Sequence record: SRR31156797_13268
DNA: 39,197 nt
Direction: 5' to 3' (one strand)
This document shows positions 10,021 to 17,929 of the stretch, one piece after another; position 1 is the first letter of the stretch, and each line of letters opens with the position of its first letter. A program made the translations under genes and the position numbers. The notes under the pieces are model-generated. The model was not told the DNA's origin, did not search any database, and saw only the letters and a list, made by a program, of their open reading frames with translations.

Positions 10021-12048
10021 TTATGCGGATTTCATATTATCGATAATGGACTTGAGCTGGTGTGCCTGAGACGCAAGGTCGGAAACAGCCTCGGAAGACT
10101 GGCGCATGGCACTGTTTGTCTCAGTTGATATATTGTTGATTTCGTCTACAGCCCGGTTGATCTGCTCTGAAGTGGCTGATTGTTCTTCGCATGCCGCTGC
10201 GATTCCCTGAATTTGTTCGGAAACCGTATCGGTAAGTGAGAGAATCTCTGTGAGCGAATTTCCAGCATCCCCGGCCATGTCCGAAACAGTACCGATTTCT
10301 TTGACTGTGTACGCACACTGGCTGATACTTTCTTTGGTGCCGCGTTGGATTTCCGAAATGGCAGCTTCAACCTCATTGGTCGCGGTCATGGTTTTTTCTG
10401 CAAGCTTACGGACTTCGTCAGCAACAACCGCGAATCCTCGTCCGGCTTCCCCTGCGCGGGCAGCTTCAATGGCGGCGTTGAGGGCTAACAGGTTTGTCTG
10501 GTCAGCAATGTCTGAAATTACATCAATGATCTGACCTATTTTTCCTGCACTTCCACCCAATTCTTCCATCTCTTTTTCAAGAGCCTCAGAATAATTCTGA
10601 ACAATGCCGATGCCTTCAACCATTTCCTTGACAACGTTAGCGCCATTGGTGGCGGTTGTGCTGGCGTCCCCGGCAGTTGTTGAAGCTTCACCTGAGTTGC
10701 GGGCAACTTCAAGCACAGAAGCATTCATCTGTTCCATGGCTGTTGCTGTCTCGGCGGTTCTCTGGTTTTGCATGTCAGACCCGGTCGCAGATTGTTCAAT
10801 CTGAGCGGAGAGTTCTTCAGACGCAGTGGATATGACGGCGACGACGTCTTCAAGTTCGCGTGCAGCCTGATGCATGCCTTCGCGTTTGGCGTTTTCAGCT
10901 TCCTTGCGCGCTTCTTCTGCTTCATGCATGGCCTGCTGGGCTTTTTCGGTCGCTTCAGCGGCGTGTCGGGTCTCTTCCTGTGCTTCGCTGATTTTTTCCT
11001 TGAGCGTGACGACCATTGCGTTCAGGTCATTAGCCAGTATGCCGACTTCGTCACGGGTCTTGATCTCAAGCACATGGTCAAGGTCACCTTCGGCAACGCG
11101 GGTGGCGTATTTGGTGGCTTCTATGATGGGGCGGGCCATTGATCTGGCGTAAAGCCATGCCGCAATCATTATGAGCGGCAGGATTACGGCGATGACCAGC
11201 AGTGATGATGTTCCTACATTGTTCTGTGCTGTGACCATAGTCTCGATGGGCATTCCGATAAACCACATGCCGATATTCCTGCCCTCAACATCTTTGATAG
11301 GCCAGTAGGCTGTCTGGTAGTCAATGCCGAGAATATTGTTGCGGGCGAGGAAAGTGTTACCGCGGTCTATGACAGTCGCAGTTACTTCCGGGTTGGTCAT
11401 CTTAGTGCCTACGGCCCGACGACCGTTTTTGATGATTGTGGTCATTTCTCGGGTATCGCCATTGAATACGGTTACCTCGAGGTCGGAGAAATTTTTGACA
11501 TCATCAACAAAGTCTTTGTCGGAGAGGGATGTTCCAAGTGAAATAGTACCGATTATCTGTCCATTTTCTTTGATGGGTGCAGTTGCCCGCAGTGAGAAGG
11601 TGATTTCCTTACCTTTAATGATGCCCGAGGTTACTGTTCCGCGCAGAGCTTTATTTACGGTTCCCTGTCCTTGGACATTGTCACCTAAGCTATTGGCGTG
11701 TGCCCTTCCTAGGACCACGCCGTTTGCATCGGTCAAGGTCAGGAATTCAGATTCTGTTTCCACCATCAGGGAACGGAGTTTTTTCTGTAGTGCTTCTGAG
11801 TTGCCCTGCTTTATGGAGCCGATGAGGTCAATGTCCCGGGCCAGCAGTTCAGCTTTTTCGCGAAATCCTTTGGATAAGCTATCGATATGACGATCGACAA
11901 CTTTCTTCATGGTGGAAATATTGCGAATTGATTCTTTAGAGAACCCTTCCGCAACGTAGTGGTTAACTGTCAGGAAAATTGATGTGGCGGTCAGTAAAGC
12001 AATCACCACTGCCATCAACACGATTTTGTTTCGGATTGAAAAAGTCAT
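10021..12048 (-). CDS. Methyl-accepting chemotaxis protein with periplasmic Cache domains
   Basis: TM-Cache ([13 protein letters not shown]…GRRAVGT…[10 protein letters not shown]…IGMWFIG)-TM-HAMP-MCP signal hairpin. Confidence 0.95.
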   Translation of the reverse strand: MTFSIRNKIVLMAVVIALLTATSIFLTVNHYVAEGFSKESIRNISTMKKVVDRHIDSLSKGFREKAELLARDIDLIGSIKQGNSEALQKKLRSLMVETESEFLTLTDANGVVLGRAHANSLGDNVQGQGTVNKALRGTVTSGIIKGKEITFSLRATAPIKENGQIIGTISLGTSLSDKDFVDDVKNFSDLEVTVFNGDTREMTTIIKNGRRAVGTKMTNPEVTATVIDRGNTFLARNNILGIDYQTAYWPIKDVEGRNIGMWFIGMPIETMVTAQNNVGTSSLLVIAVILPLIMIAAWLYARSMARPIIEATKYATRVAEGDLDHVLEIKTRDEVGILANDLNAMVVTLKEKISEAQEETRHAAEATEKAQQAMHEAEEARKEAENAKREGMHQAARELEDVVAVISTASEELSAQIEQSATGSDMQNQRTAETATAMEQMNASVLEVARNSGEASTTAGDASTTATNGANVVKEMVEGIGIVQNYSEALEKEMEELGGSAGKIGQIIDVISDIADQTNLLALNAAIEAARAGEAGRGFAVVADEVRKLAEKTMTATNEVEAAISEIQRGTKESISQCAYTVKEIGTVSDMAGDAGNSLTEILSLTDTVSEQIQGIAAACEEQSATSEQINRAVDEINNISTETNSAMRQSSEAVSDLASQAHQLKSIIDNMKSA

Positions 12049-12715
12049 GACACCCTTTTTGATTAAAAAATTGCGGTCTTTCCCCTCCTAAAAATCCTTC
12101 CTGTTCCAAAAACACTCCCTCCCCAGAGGTGTTTTTGAATCATTCTCCAAGCTGCATTATGCTTGAAGGTGGTGTGATTATTAGTCGAATAAATATTCTA
12201 GTTAATTTTAAGATAGAAGCAATTATAAAATATAAGCGTACTTTGACACATGGTTGAATATTCAGAGTAAGCCTGGATTAGGTTGAAAAGTTGTTAGGTG
12301 AAGCCATTCGGAGGCGTGTTGTCTTTATGGTTGATATCAATATGTGTCCATTTTTCGATGAGGACTCTTCAGTATGTTTCGTAACCCTGTATATTTCATT
12401 TTCATGTCGTTTAAGGAGTAAATTTCAAATATTATTCAATAGATATGCTCTGTTTTTAACAGCATTTCTGAATTATGTTTGAAAGTGGTGCATTTGCTAC
12501 TGCTCCGAATTTTAAGACAAGTGGTTTTAGGAGTTTGCAGTAAAAATAATTATGCACTTGAAATCACATAATAATATTTTGATAGATTATCTTTTGAATA
12601 GTTAGGAGTCTTGAAAAAAAGACCCTATTCGGGAAAGGGTTTACATTGTTAAATGCCGTATCTTCGGTGCCTTATCAGTCTATGTCTTAAATCTCGGACT
12701 CTTATTTTTCAGACT

Positions 12716-12733
12716 TTGTGCAAAAAAGCACAA
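12716..12733. promoter_or_regulatory. Candidate Rex operator upstream of the cytochrome-rnf operon
   Basis: TTGTG-CAAAAAAG-CACAA matches the TTGTG-N8-CACAA Rex palindrome; a further right half-site TTCACAA ends at 12781; dhcA-rnf is a known Rex target in Desulfovibrio. Confidence 0.65.
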
Positions 12734-12864
12734 AATAGTTCAGGTCCGAACATCAAAGAAATTATAATAATTTTTTCACAAGATTTTTAACTTTGAGTTA
12801 AGTCTTTATATTCCAGTGTATTGAGTGCCTAAAATAATTATCCAGACATGGATTTATAAATTCG

Positions 12865-12880
12865 TGGTATAGTACTTGCT
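12865..12880 (+). promoter_or_regulatory. Candidate promoter of the rnf operon: sigma54 -24/-12 element, or an overlapping extended -10 sigma70 element
   Basis: TGGTATAGTACTTGCT has exact TGGYAY-N5-TTGCW spacing; the same bases also read TG-G-TATAGT. Confidence 0.5.
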
Positions 12881-12905
12881 TACTCCGGTGTGTTGAACGA
12901 ATACT

Positions 12906-13249
12906 CAATTGTCTCCGGCACTTGCTGAGCAGGTGACGGTGGTTTCAGGCAATTGTTTATTGGCTCTGGTCGGTGGTCGAAGAGGTATTTCCTACTTGAC
13001 CGAAATGGTATTTTTTGGAAAGGGTTACTCCGAAATAAATACTGAATGATTGACCAATCACTAACCGTCTTCGCGGTTCTTCTTTCACTTCGTGCCTTTC
13101 CCAAAAGGTTTCGGAAGGAAGGACCGCGGGGATGGACGAATCTTTTTTAAAGGCTGTGGGTTGAGGGTTCCATACACTTTTTAAAGATTTACCGGAGGAT
13201 GAAACTGCAAATTGGTGCATAGGGTTTGCTTCTAATCGGTAGTTTCCGG
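12906..13249 (+). ncRNA. Putative structured leader RNA / cis-regulatory ncRNA of the rnf operon (family unknown)
   Basis: Seven consecutive hairpins, including a continuous 22-bp stem (13065-13086 with 13114-13135) whose G·U pairs work only on the + strand. Confidence 0.5.
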
Positions 13250-13295
13250 CCTTAGTGCCTTAATCTTGAATCTTTTTAAATTAAGGATTGATCCG

Positions 13296-13772
13296 TTGAA
13301 GAACAGATATATCCCAATAACTTTAATTGTTGCTGTCTTGTCCGTTGCGGCAATCGCCGGGTTTCTTTTCCCGCCGGCAGTGCAGGAAAATCCGGCCCGT
13401 GTTGTGATGGACAACAGTGGCGGCAGGGTTATTTTTACTCATTTTGTCCATGCGGACGAGTATGGCTACGAGTGCTCCGATTGCCACCACGATGATATCG
13501 GTCAGGAAAGACCTATTGCTTGTGGAAGCTGTCATCCGGTTGCTTTTGATGCTAAATTCAGAGCTGAACATCAGAAGAATTTTCCCAGTGAAGAAGCATG
13601 TCTGCGCTGTCACGATGATGTTCCCACCGGCCCTCTCGCAGAAGAGGACAAGCCTGACACTGAGAGCATTCCCCTGCGCGCTGAAGCTTTTCACGCCCAG
13701 TGTATGGACTGTCACGAGAGTGACGGAGGCCCCTACGGTGAAGATTCCTGTTACGATTGCCATGCGAGGTAG
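13296..13772 (+). CDS. Multiheme (5 CxxCH) cytochrome c, class III-like, Rnf-associated (DhcA position)
   Basis: N-terminal hydrophobic signal/anchor; VIFTHFVH; CSDCH, CGSCH, CLRCH, CMDCH, CYDCH; AFHAQC c3-type motif; start TTG 13296 after TAAGGA. Confidence 0.9.
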   Translation: MKNRYIPITLIVAVLSVAAIAGFLFPPAVQENPARVVMDNSGGRVIFTHFVHADEYGYECSDCHHDDIGQERPIACGSCHPVAFDAKFRAEHQKNFPSEEACLRCHDDVPTGPLAEEDKPDTESIPLRAEAFHAQCMDCHESDGGPYGEDSCYDCHAR

Positions 13773-13777
13773 GTCTC

Positions 13778-14926
13778 ATGCTTAGAATACATTATTCCCT
13801 TGAATCCGATGTTCAGAAGACCATTTTCGACATCACTGCGCCCGCTGAGCTTAACATCTCTATGCGCAACAAGATTCTGAAGATCAAGAAAGGCAAGAAG
13901 CTCGCAGCAGGTGAACTCCTCGCCGAGCGTCCTTCCAAATATGGCGCTGCCTGTAGTGCGGCCTTATCCGGTAAGGCTACCAAGGTTAACTATCACCACC
14001 TGACCATTAAAGCTGACGGCGGTGAAGAAAGCGTTGAACCTATTGATGTAAAGTCCATGGGACCGGGCAAAGAGCTGCTGCGTACCTTGCAGGAACTCGG
14101 TTTGAACATTGCTGTTCTTTCTTCCCATGCCGATAAACTGGTCATTAACGGGCTTAACCCTGAGCCGGGTATTTCCGTTGCCGAACAGCTGCTCAAAGAT
14201 GAGAAAAAGACCATTGAAGCGGGCTTGCGCCTTGCCGAATCCCTGATTACTCCGGTGCACACAACTCTGGCAGTTGCTGCCGGCTCTTCATATGAGCTTG
14301 CCGGTGCAGAGCGTGTCTTTGTTAAGCCTAAATATCCCAACTCCCTTGACGCACTTGTGGTTAAGAAGGTTACCGGAAAGGAATTTCCTGATGACACCAA
14401 AGTGATCAGCGTCATGGATCTCTACAACATCGGCAGGGTTTACGAAACCGGTATGCCTATCACCGATACCATCATGACCATCGGTGAGAAAAACTACCGG
14501 GTGCTTTTCGGGACTCCTGTAGGTCATATCTGCAATGAACTGGGCATTGAAGTGAAGTCCGGCGATAAGGTTGTTCTCGACGGTCCTTTCCGCGGCGAAG
14601 CTGTTTACAGCCTCGACGAAGGAGTAAAGAAGGGCGATTACGGTTTGTTCGTGATTCCTTCCGGTACGTTCCCTTCAATTGAAGACGCAACCTGCATCAA
14701 CTGCGGCGAATGTGTGCTCAGCTGTCCGGCCAGAATCCAGCCGAACATGCTCAGCCGTTACGCCGAGTACGAGATGTTTGAAATGGCTGAAAAGCACAAC
14801 CTGCACAGCTGTTTCGAATGCGGACTCTGCTCCTTCAACTGTACGGTCAGACGTCCTATCCTGCAGTACATCCGTTTTGCAAAGGATCAGCTCCTGGTAA
14901 GCGGTCAGGCAGAAAAGACTTCGTAG
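13778..14926 (+). CDS. rnfC: RnfC-like subunit (two [4Fe-4S] motifs; FMN/NADH motif degenerate)
   Basis: Position in the operon; KLVINGLNPEPG, KPKYP, GTPV, GPFRG, CINCGECVLSCP and CFECGLCSFNC; start ATG 13778 after GAGG/AGGT. Confidence 0.85.
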   Translation: MLRIHYSLESDVQKTIFDITAPAELNISMRNKILKIKKGKKLAAGELLAERPSKYGAACSAALSGKATKVNYHHLTIKADGGEESVEPIDVKSMGPGKELLRTLQELGLNIAVLSSHADKLVINGLNPEPGISVAEQLLKDEKKTIEAGLRLAESLITPVHTTLAVAAGSSYELAGAERVFVKPKYPNSLDALVVKKVTGKEFPDDTKVISVMDLYNIGRVYETGMPITDTIMTIGEKNYRVLFGTPVGHICNELGIEVKSGDKVVLDGPFRGEAVYSLDEGVKKGDYGLFVIPSGTFPSIEDATCINCGECVLSCPARIQPNMLSRYAEYEMFEMAEKHNLHSCFECGLCSFNCTVRRPILQYIRFAKDQLLVSGQAEKTS

Positions 14927-15071
14927 TTGCTGCGCTTCGCGCCTAAATGATTTGATTTCGCTTCCGGTAGCACAAGGAATTCAGGGATCAGTAGATTCTG
15001 AGTATTGATTGAATAATCATACAGGGTTCAGCCGGACTGCGGTTAAACATACAAGTTTCAAGGGTTAAAAT

Positions 15072-16043
15072 ATGACTCCTCCAGTAATTAAAGCAATGTC
15101 CGACATTGCGGTCAGACTCACGGTTTCGCCTGCTCCCCACTGGCGCAGCAAGCGCACCGTGGAGAAGATGATGCAGTATCATCTTCTGGCTCTGGTCCCC
15201 GCTTTGCTCATGGCTTTCAATATGTTCGGTCTGCCCGCTCTCGCGACTGTGGGTATTGCCGGAACCGCTGCCGTTCTTGCTGAGGTTCTCTGCCTCAAGA
15301 TGCAGGAACGCGACGTTAACGTAGATAACTACACCGCACTTTACGAAGGTCTCCTTTTCGCCTTCCTGCTGCCTGCGGGTGCTCCTTGGTGGATGGTAGC
15401 CAGCGGTGCTGTGCTGACTATCGTTATGGGCCGTACTGTTTTCGGCGGATTCGGTGCCAACCCCATCTGTGCCCCCCTCGTAGCTTGGGCCTTCTGTCGC
15501 CTTTCCTGGCCTGCAGCCATGGATATTGATGCGAACCTCGCCCACTTCATGATCAATGCTCCTCTGGACCAGCTTAAGTTCTTCGGTCTCGATACTCTTG
15601 AGCAGTTCAATTATATGGACCTTTTCCTCGGTAAGCAGCTCGGCGGATTGGGTGCCTCTCAGATAATGGCCGTAATGGCCGGGGGAATTTTCCTCATCGC
15701 CACCGGCTGGGTGCGTGTCTTCATTCCCGCAGCATTTCTCGCGGGTGTGGCTGTTACCGCTTCCATCTTCTGGATGATTGATCCTGAACTTTACGCTAAT
15801 CCGCTTTTCCACTTGCTGACCGGATCTGTGATGTTCGGGGCTTTCTTTCTAGCTCCTGATGTTTCTTCCAGTCCCGTTGGTGTCATTCCTCAGGTTCTTT
15901 TCGGACTTATTGCAGGGACTATGGTCATCATTATCCGGGTCTACGGTATCTACCCCGACGGCGTGCCCTTTGCCATTATGGTGGCAAACCTGCTTACCCC
16001 CCTGCTGGACCGCGTGCGTCCCAAACCTTTCGGAGGCAAGTAA
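15072..16043 (+). CDS. rnfD: RnfD membrane subunit
   Basis: VSPAPH, FGGFGANP, LFLGKQLGGLG, GSVMFGAFFLAPDVSSSP, IRVYGIYPDGVPFAIMVANLLTPLLD. Confidence 0.92.
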   Translation: MTPPVIKAMSDIAVRLTVSPAPHWRSKRTVEKMMQYHLLALVPALLMAFNMFGLPALATVGIAGTAAVLAEVLCLKMQERDVNVDNYTALYEGLLFAFLLPAGAPWWMVASGAVLTIVMGRTVFGGFGANPICAPLVAWAFCRLSWPAAMDIDANLAHFMINAPLDQLKFFGLDTLEQFNYMDLFLGKQLGGLGASQIMAVMAGGIFLIATGWVRVFIPAAFLAGVAVTASIFWMIDPELYANPLFHLLTGSVMFGAFFLAPDVSSSPVGVIPQVLFGLIAGTMVIIIRVYGIYPDGVPFAIMVANLLTPLLDRVRPKPFGGK

Positions 16044-16046
16044 GTC

Positions 16047-16616
16047 ATGCGCGAAATACTTCATATGCTCGTGGTTCTTTCCATCATCTGTGCCACTTCC
16101 GGTGCGGTGTTGGTTAACCTGAAGCAGGCCACCAAATCCCAGATTGAGCAGCAGGTTCTGACTTATGTGCAGGGTCCAGCTCTGCTCTCAGTTCTTAATA
16201 ATCGTGACAACGATCCCATTAAGGAACGTGTAAAAATAAAAGATGTGACCGTCTTCCCGGCCATGAAGGATGGCAAGCTGGTTGGTATCGCCCTTGAAGC
16301 CTTTGCTCCCGGTTATTCCGGCGACATCGGCGTCATGGTCGGCTTTGCTGTGGACAATGATGAACTGCTCGGCATCGGCATCACCACCCAGACTGAAACT
16401 CCCGGTCTCGGCGACAAGATCATGAACCCGTCCTTTACCGGGAAGTTCATCGGTCACGGTCTCGATTCTATGCAGGTTTCTGCAAAGGGCGGAGACATCG
16501 ATTCCATCGCCGGTGCGACTTACTCCTCTGTGGGTACTGTTGACGCTGTACGCAAGGCTATTGAGGTTTATCAGTCTATCAAGCCTGAGATTACCAACAT
16601 CTGGAAGAACTCTTAA
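16047..16616 (+). CDS. rnfG: RnfG subunit (FMN-binding domain)
   Basis: N-terminal TM, GYSGDI, QTETPGLG, flavinylation motif DSIAGATYSS. Confidence 0.93.
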   Translation: MREILHMLVVLSIICATSGAVLVNLKQATKSQIEQQVLTYVQGPALLSVLNNRDNDPIKERVKIKDVTVFPAMKDGKLVGIALEAFAPGYSGDIGVMVGFAVDNDELLGIGITTQTETPGLGDKIMNPSFTGKFIGHGLDSMQVSAKGGDIDSIAGATYSSVGTVDAVRKAIEVYQSIKPEITNIWKNS

Positions 16617-16625
16617 GGAGAAACC

Positions 16626-17312
16626 ATGAGCCGTTTAGTAAAAGAATTTGCAAAAGGACTCTGGGACGAGCTTCCTCCGTTCAGGGTTCTGCTGGGACTC
16701 TGTCCCGTATTGGCTGTTACCTCCTCTGCGGAGAACGGCCTCGGCATGGGAATGGCGGTCATCTTTGTTTTGACCATGTCCAACCTGATCATTTCCAGCA
16801 TCAGAAAAATTATCCCCGCGAAAGTACGTATCGCCTGCTTTATCGTTATCACCGCTTCTTTGGTTGTTACGGTTGAGTTGCTCATGCAGGCTTACGCATA
16901 TCCGCTTTACCAGAAGCTGGGCATCTTTGTTCCGCTTATTGTTGTTAACTGCCTGATCCTCGGTCGAGCTGAAGCCTTTGCTTCCAAGAACGGAGTAATT
17001 CTCTCCATTGCCGATGCTCTAGGTATGGGAATCGGTTTTGCCGCCTCCCTGACTTTCCTCGGTGCTCTCCGTGAAGTCCTCGGTGCCGGAACCGTGTTCG
17101 GCGTCCCGGTCATGTGGGAGAGCTTCAAGCCTGCGGAATTCATGATCATGGCTCCCGGAGCTTTTGTCGGCCTCGGTGTCATCCTCGCGGGTATGAACGC
17201 CTTCAACAGGTACCAGAGCCGCAAACGCGGTGAGACCCCGCCGGATGTAATGAATTCCGGTTGCGCCAATTGCGGTGCCTGCGGCGGAATCGAAAACCTC
17301 AAGGATAAATAG
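16626..17312 (+). CDS. rnfE: RnfE membrane subunit
   Basis: LGLCPVLAVT, LGIFVPLIVVNCLILGRAEAFASK, APGAF; Cys-rich tail CANCGAC. Confidence 0.95.
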   Translation: MSRLVKEFAKGLWDELPPFRVLLGLCPVLAVTSSAENGLGMGMAVIFVLTMSNLIISSIRKIIPAKVRIACFIVITASLVVTVELLMQAYAYPLYQKLGIFVPLIVVNCLILGRAEAFASKNGVILSIADALGMGIGFAASLTFLGALREVLGAGTVFGVPVMWESFKPAEFMIMAPGAFVGLGVILAGMNAFNRYQSRKRGETPPDVMNSGCANCGACGGIENLKDK

Positions 17313-17326
17313 GGGAGAGCGTTAAA

Positions 17327-17902
17327 ATGGAATACTTTCTGCTTTTTATCTCCGCCATTTTCATCAACAACATCGTACTGGTTCAGTACCTTGGCGCATG
17401 TCCCTTCATGGGAACCTCCAAGGCAACAGATGTTGCACTCGGAATGGGTGGAGCGGTTATATTTGTTACCCTGATGGCAACTGCCATTACCTGGCCCCTG
17501 CACCAGTATATACTTATCCCTTACGGAATTGAGTACTTGCAGACAATTGTCTTCATTCTGGTCATCGCGTCACTTGTACAGTTTGTTGAGATGTTCCTCA
17601 AAAAGGTCATCCCGCCTCTGTATAAGTCTCTGGGCCTCTTCCTGCCCCTGATCACCACCAACTGTGCAGTGCTCGGTGTGGCGATTATGGTTCAGCGTAA
17701 CGGGTACTCATTCATCAAGTCCATGATGTACGGACTGGCATCCGGTATCGGTTTCCTCATCGCTCTGGTCATCATCTCGTCCATTCGTGAGCGTTTGGAT
17801 GTTGCTCCGGTTCCTCAGGTTTTCAGAGGCGTTCCCATCGCTTTGATCACTGCAGGAATCATGTCTCTGGTCTTTTTCGCCTTCAAGGGCATGGCCGCCT
17901 AA
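17327..17902 (+). CDS. rnfA: RnfA membrane subunit
   Basis: NNIVLVQYLGACPF, LGLFLPLITTNCAVLG, IRERL, PIALITAG. Confidence 0.95.
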   Translation: MEYFLLFISAIFINNIVLVQYLGACPFMGTSKATDVALGMGGAVIFVTLMATAITWPLHQYILIPYGIEYLQTIVFILVIASLVQFVEMFLKKVIPPLYKSLGLFLPLITTNCAVLGVAIMVQRNGYSFIKSMMYGLASGIGFLIALVIISSIRERLDVAPVPQVFRGVPIALITAGIMSLVFFAFKGMAA

Positions 17903-17929
17903 CAGGCTAAGCAAGGAGAATATTTAGTT

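Noticed and set aside
12291-13220. Small ORFs 12291..12482, 12880..13104 and 12957..13220 in the long spacer
   Set aside because: No RBS, non-protein-like composition; the region is better explained by promoter elements and RNA structure.
12890-13295. Known riboswitch (FMN, SAM, TPP, cobalamin, c-di-GMP) or tRNA in the rnf leader
   Set aside because: The diagnostic conserved sequences were not found by eye; reported as unknown structured RNA instead.
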